Shown here one piece after another: positions 62,511 through 64,000 of a stretch of 64,000 nt of DNA; position 1 is the stretch's first letter, and each line of letters starts with the position of its first letter. The translations under genes and the position numbers were made by a program. Source of the DNA: Dicyema japonicum (lineage: Eukaryota > Animalia > Dicyemida); NCBI GenBank assembly GCA_011109175.1, contig RDEW01000031.1:380807-444806 (forward strand). Direction: 5' to 3'. Under the pieces are notes generated by a model, which did no database searches, was not told where the DNA came from, and worked only from the letters and a program-made list of their open reading frames with translations.

Positions 62511-63443
62511 AGCGAGATAACTTTACTAACGTTGTTTTGCAATGTGTTTATCAATAATAATTCTTTGTGAGGACATATTCAATATTTCTTTATCGCACTT
62601 TGTTCTAGGTGGACCTCTGTGGGATTATTGAAAGTACTTGCAACTATCGGATAGTCCACCATCTATTAACATTATCCACCATGGATGTTGTTAATCTCTG
62701 ATTCCGTGTTATATCACAACTATGTTTGACATTGAATTCATGAAAAGTTTGACTTCGACTTTTTATTAATTTACCTATTCGAAAAAACTTAATTATTGTA
62801 AAATAAACTTAACAATTAAACCATTATTTAGGAAAGTTTTTATTGCACATAAAAATGTACTAACAAAAACTTTGACAAAATTAAACGATCACAACTACTG
62901 AGTTATTATCTATTATTTAAGTTATATATACCAAAACTTTTTTAAACATTTTTATTTCCCCCACCCCTCCATCCACTCGTAACACGAGGTTGGTTGACAG
63001 CTTCAGAGCAGAGAATTTTATTTCGCATCAAATTCAAAACACTAAAGTTGTGAGAAAACTAATCCCATGAAACCAAATTTGAGTTTGAAGACTTTGATAA
63101 TCGTTTTTCAATACATCCTGTTAACTGGGGGTGCGAATTTTTATTTAATATTCGAAAAAGAAACAGTCAGCTGATGGTTATACAACAGCCGCCCTAACTG
63201 AGTGACTATTTCTTCTCAGGATGGCCAGCGAGATTCTCTCAAATAGCCAGAAGAGTTCACGGAGATCTCCTATTCATGTAGAAATCCGATTCCCTAGACG
63301 TCGCAGGAGCAAGGGTCTCAACCATTGGTGGAATAAATCAGCGGTTTTTTTAAATTTATGATAAAAATAGTTAACATTAAATCTTTTACTTCTAAATCAT
63401 TCAATAATTACATAACTACGTAATTCTTTTGGTTTAAATAGAT

Positions 63444-63560
63444 CAGAGGTGTCAAACATGTGGCCCTCGAAAAGCATAGGTGCGGCTCGATTTAATCGCC
63501 ATAAACCACAAAAAATCATTTTTTTTATTTTTTTACATATAATTAAATTTTTTCTCAATA
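63444..63560 (+). mobile_element. hAT-type terminus (single TIR seen)
   Basis: CAGAGGTGTCAAAC..TGGCCC resembles the TIR at 18444; no partner TIR in the window. Confidence 0.45.
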
Positions 63561-63569
63561 ATACTATAG

Positions 63570-64000
63570 TACTCAACAGCCGACATGCCGTGTGACTCGC
63601 CTACGTGGTGGCATCGCTCACTTGCTGTGTTGGAAAAGAGTCGCAAACTCAATATCCCGGAACCATGCACGCGCGGATGATGTCGAGGAAAATACTGGAC
63701 CAGATCTAGTCATATTACAAATTAACATCAATGGTACCCGAACAAAAATTGCCGAACTACAACGCTTTCTCATAAAACACTCAATGGATATAGCTCTTCT
63801 CCAAGAGACGAAACTTATCCCACGGCGGCCAACACCCAACTTTCCAGGATACTCTGTTTTCAGGCGAGACTGAGGTCATGAAAAGAAAAGAGGCTTTATT
63901 ACGTTAATCAGGAAACAAATAATGCCCAGAAATATTTCGGACGACATTCTGAATCCCTTCCTCTAAGACGACACACTGGAACAACTAACTCTGAGAAACT
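63570..64000 (+). mobile_element. LINE family A-related 5' end, endonuclease N-terminus (runs off the window)
   Basis: ILQININGTRTKIAEL..DIALLQETKL..FPGYSVFRRD. Confidence 0.85.

Noticed and set aside
1-64000. CRISPR arrays, rRNA, intact tRNA, telomeric arrays, prokaryotic operons or defence systems
   Set aside because: None seen. The DNA is eukaryotic, and the repeats are explained by transposons or assembly duplication.

Overview
This is eukaryotic nuclear DNA in the standard genetic code, AT-rich, with an 841-N assembly gap at 51099-51939. I can reconstruct seven intact host genes: PCCA, a TMEM223-like gene, OSBPL9/ORP9, a ~46-56 aa Lys-rich H1/protamine-like micro-gene, EAF1/2, a secretory-pathway EF-hand (CREC-like) protein ending in DKEL, and a type-I membrane receptor with four C-type lectin domains. 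All are split by ultrasmall GT-AG introns, mostly 21-27 nt (range seen 21-35), which is why the ORF track fragments or misses them. Tiny introns, a standard code and animal-type genes and transposons suggest a reduced parasitic metazoan such as a dicyemid; this is inference and not checked. The rest is mostly decayed, nested transposons: pogo/Tigger, Tc1, hAT, MULE, a MITE-like element, RTE, CRE, an R4-like relic, a Jockey/I-like LINE family ('family A') and a tRNA-Arg-derived SINE. I found no CRISPR array, rRNA or intact tRNA, and no clearly new multi-gene system. The best leads are the length-defined mini-introns with degenerate splice signals, the intron-hidden basic micro-protein, a mini-intron inside a hAT transposase motif, CACGTG enrichment, a covarying LINE 3' hairpin with a SINE and bipartite partner, and the four-CTLD receptor. 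All gene models were spliced by hand, and all homology calls come from recalled motifs, not database searches.
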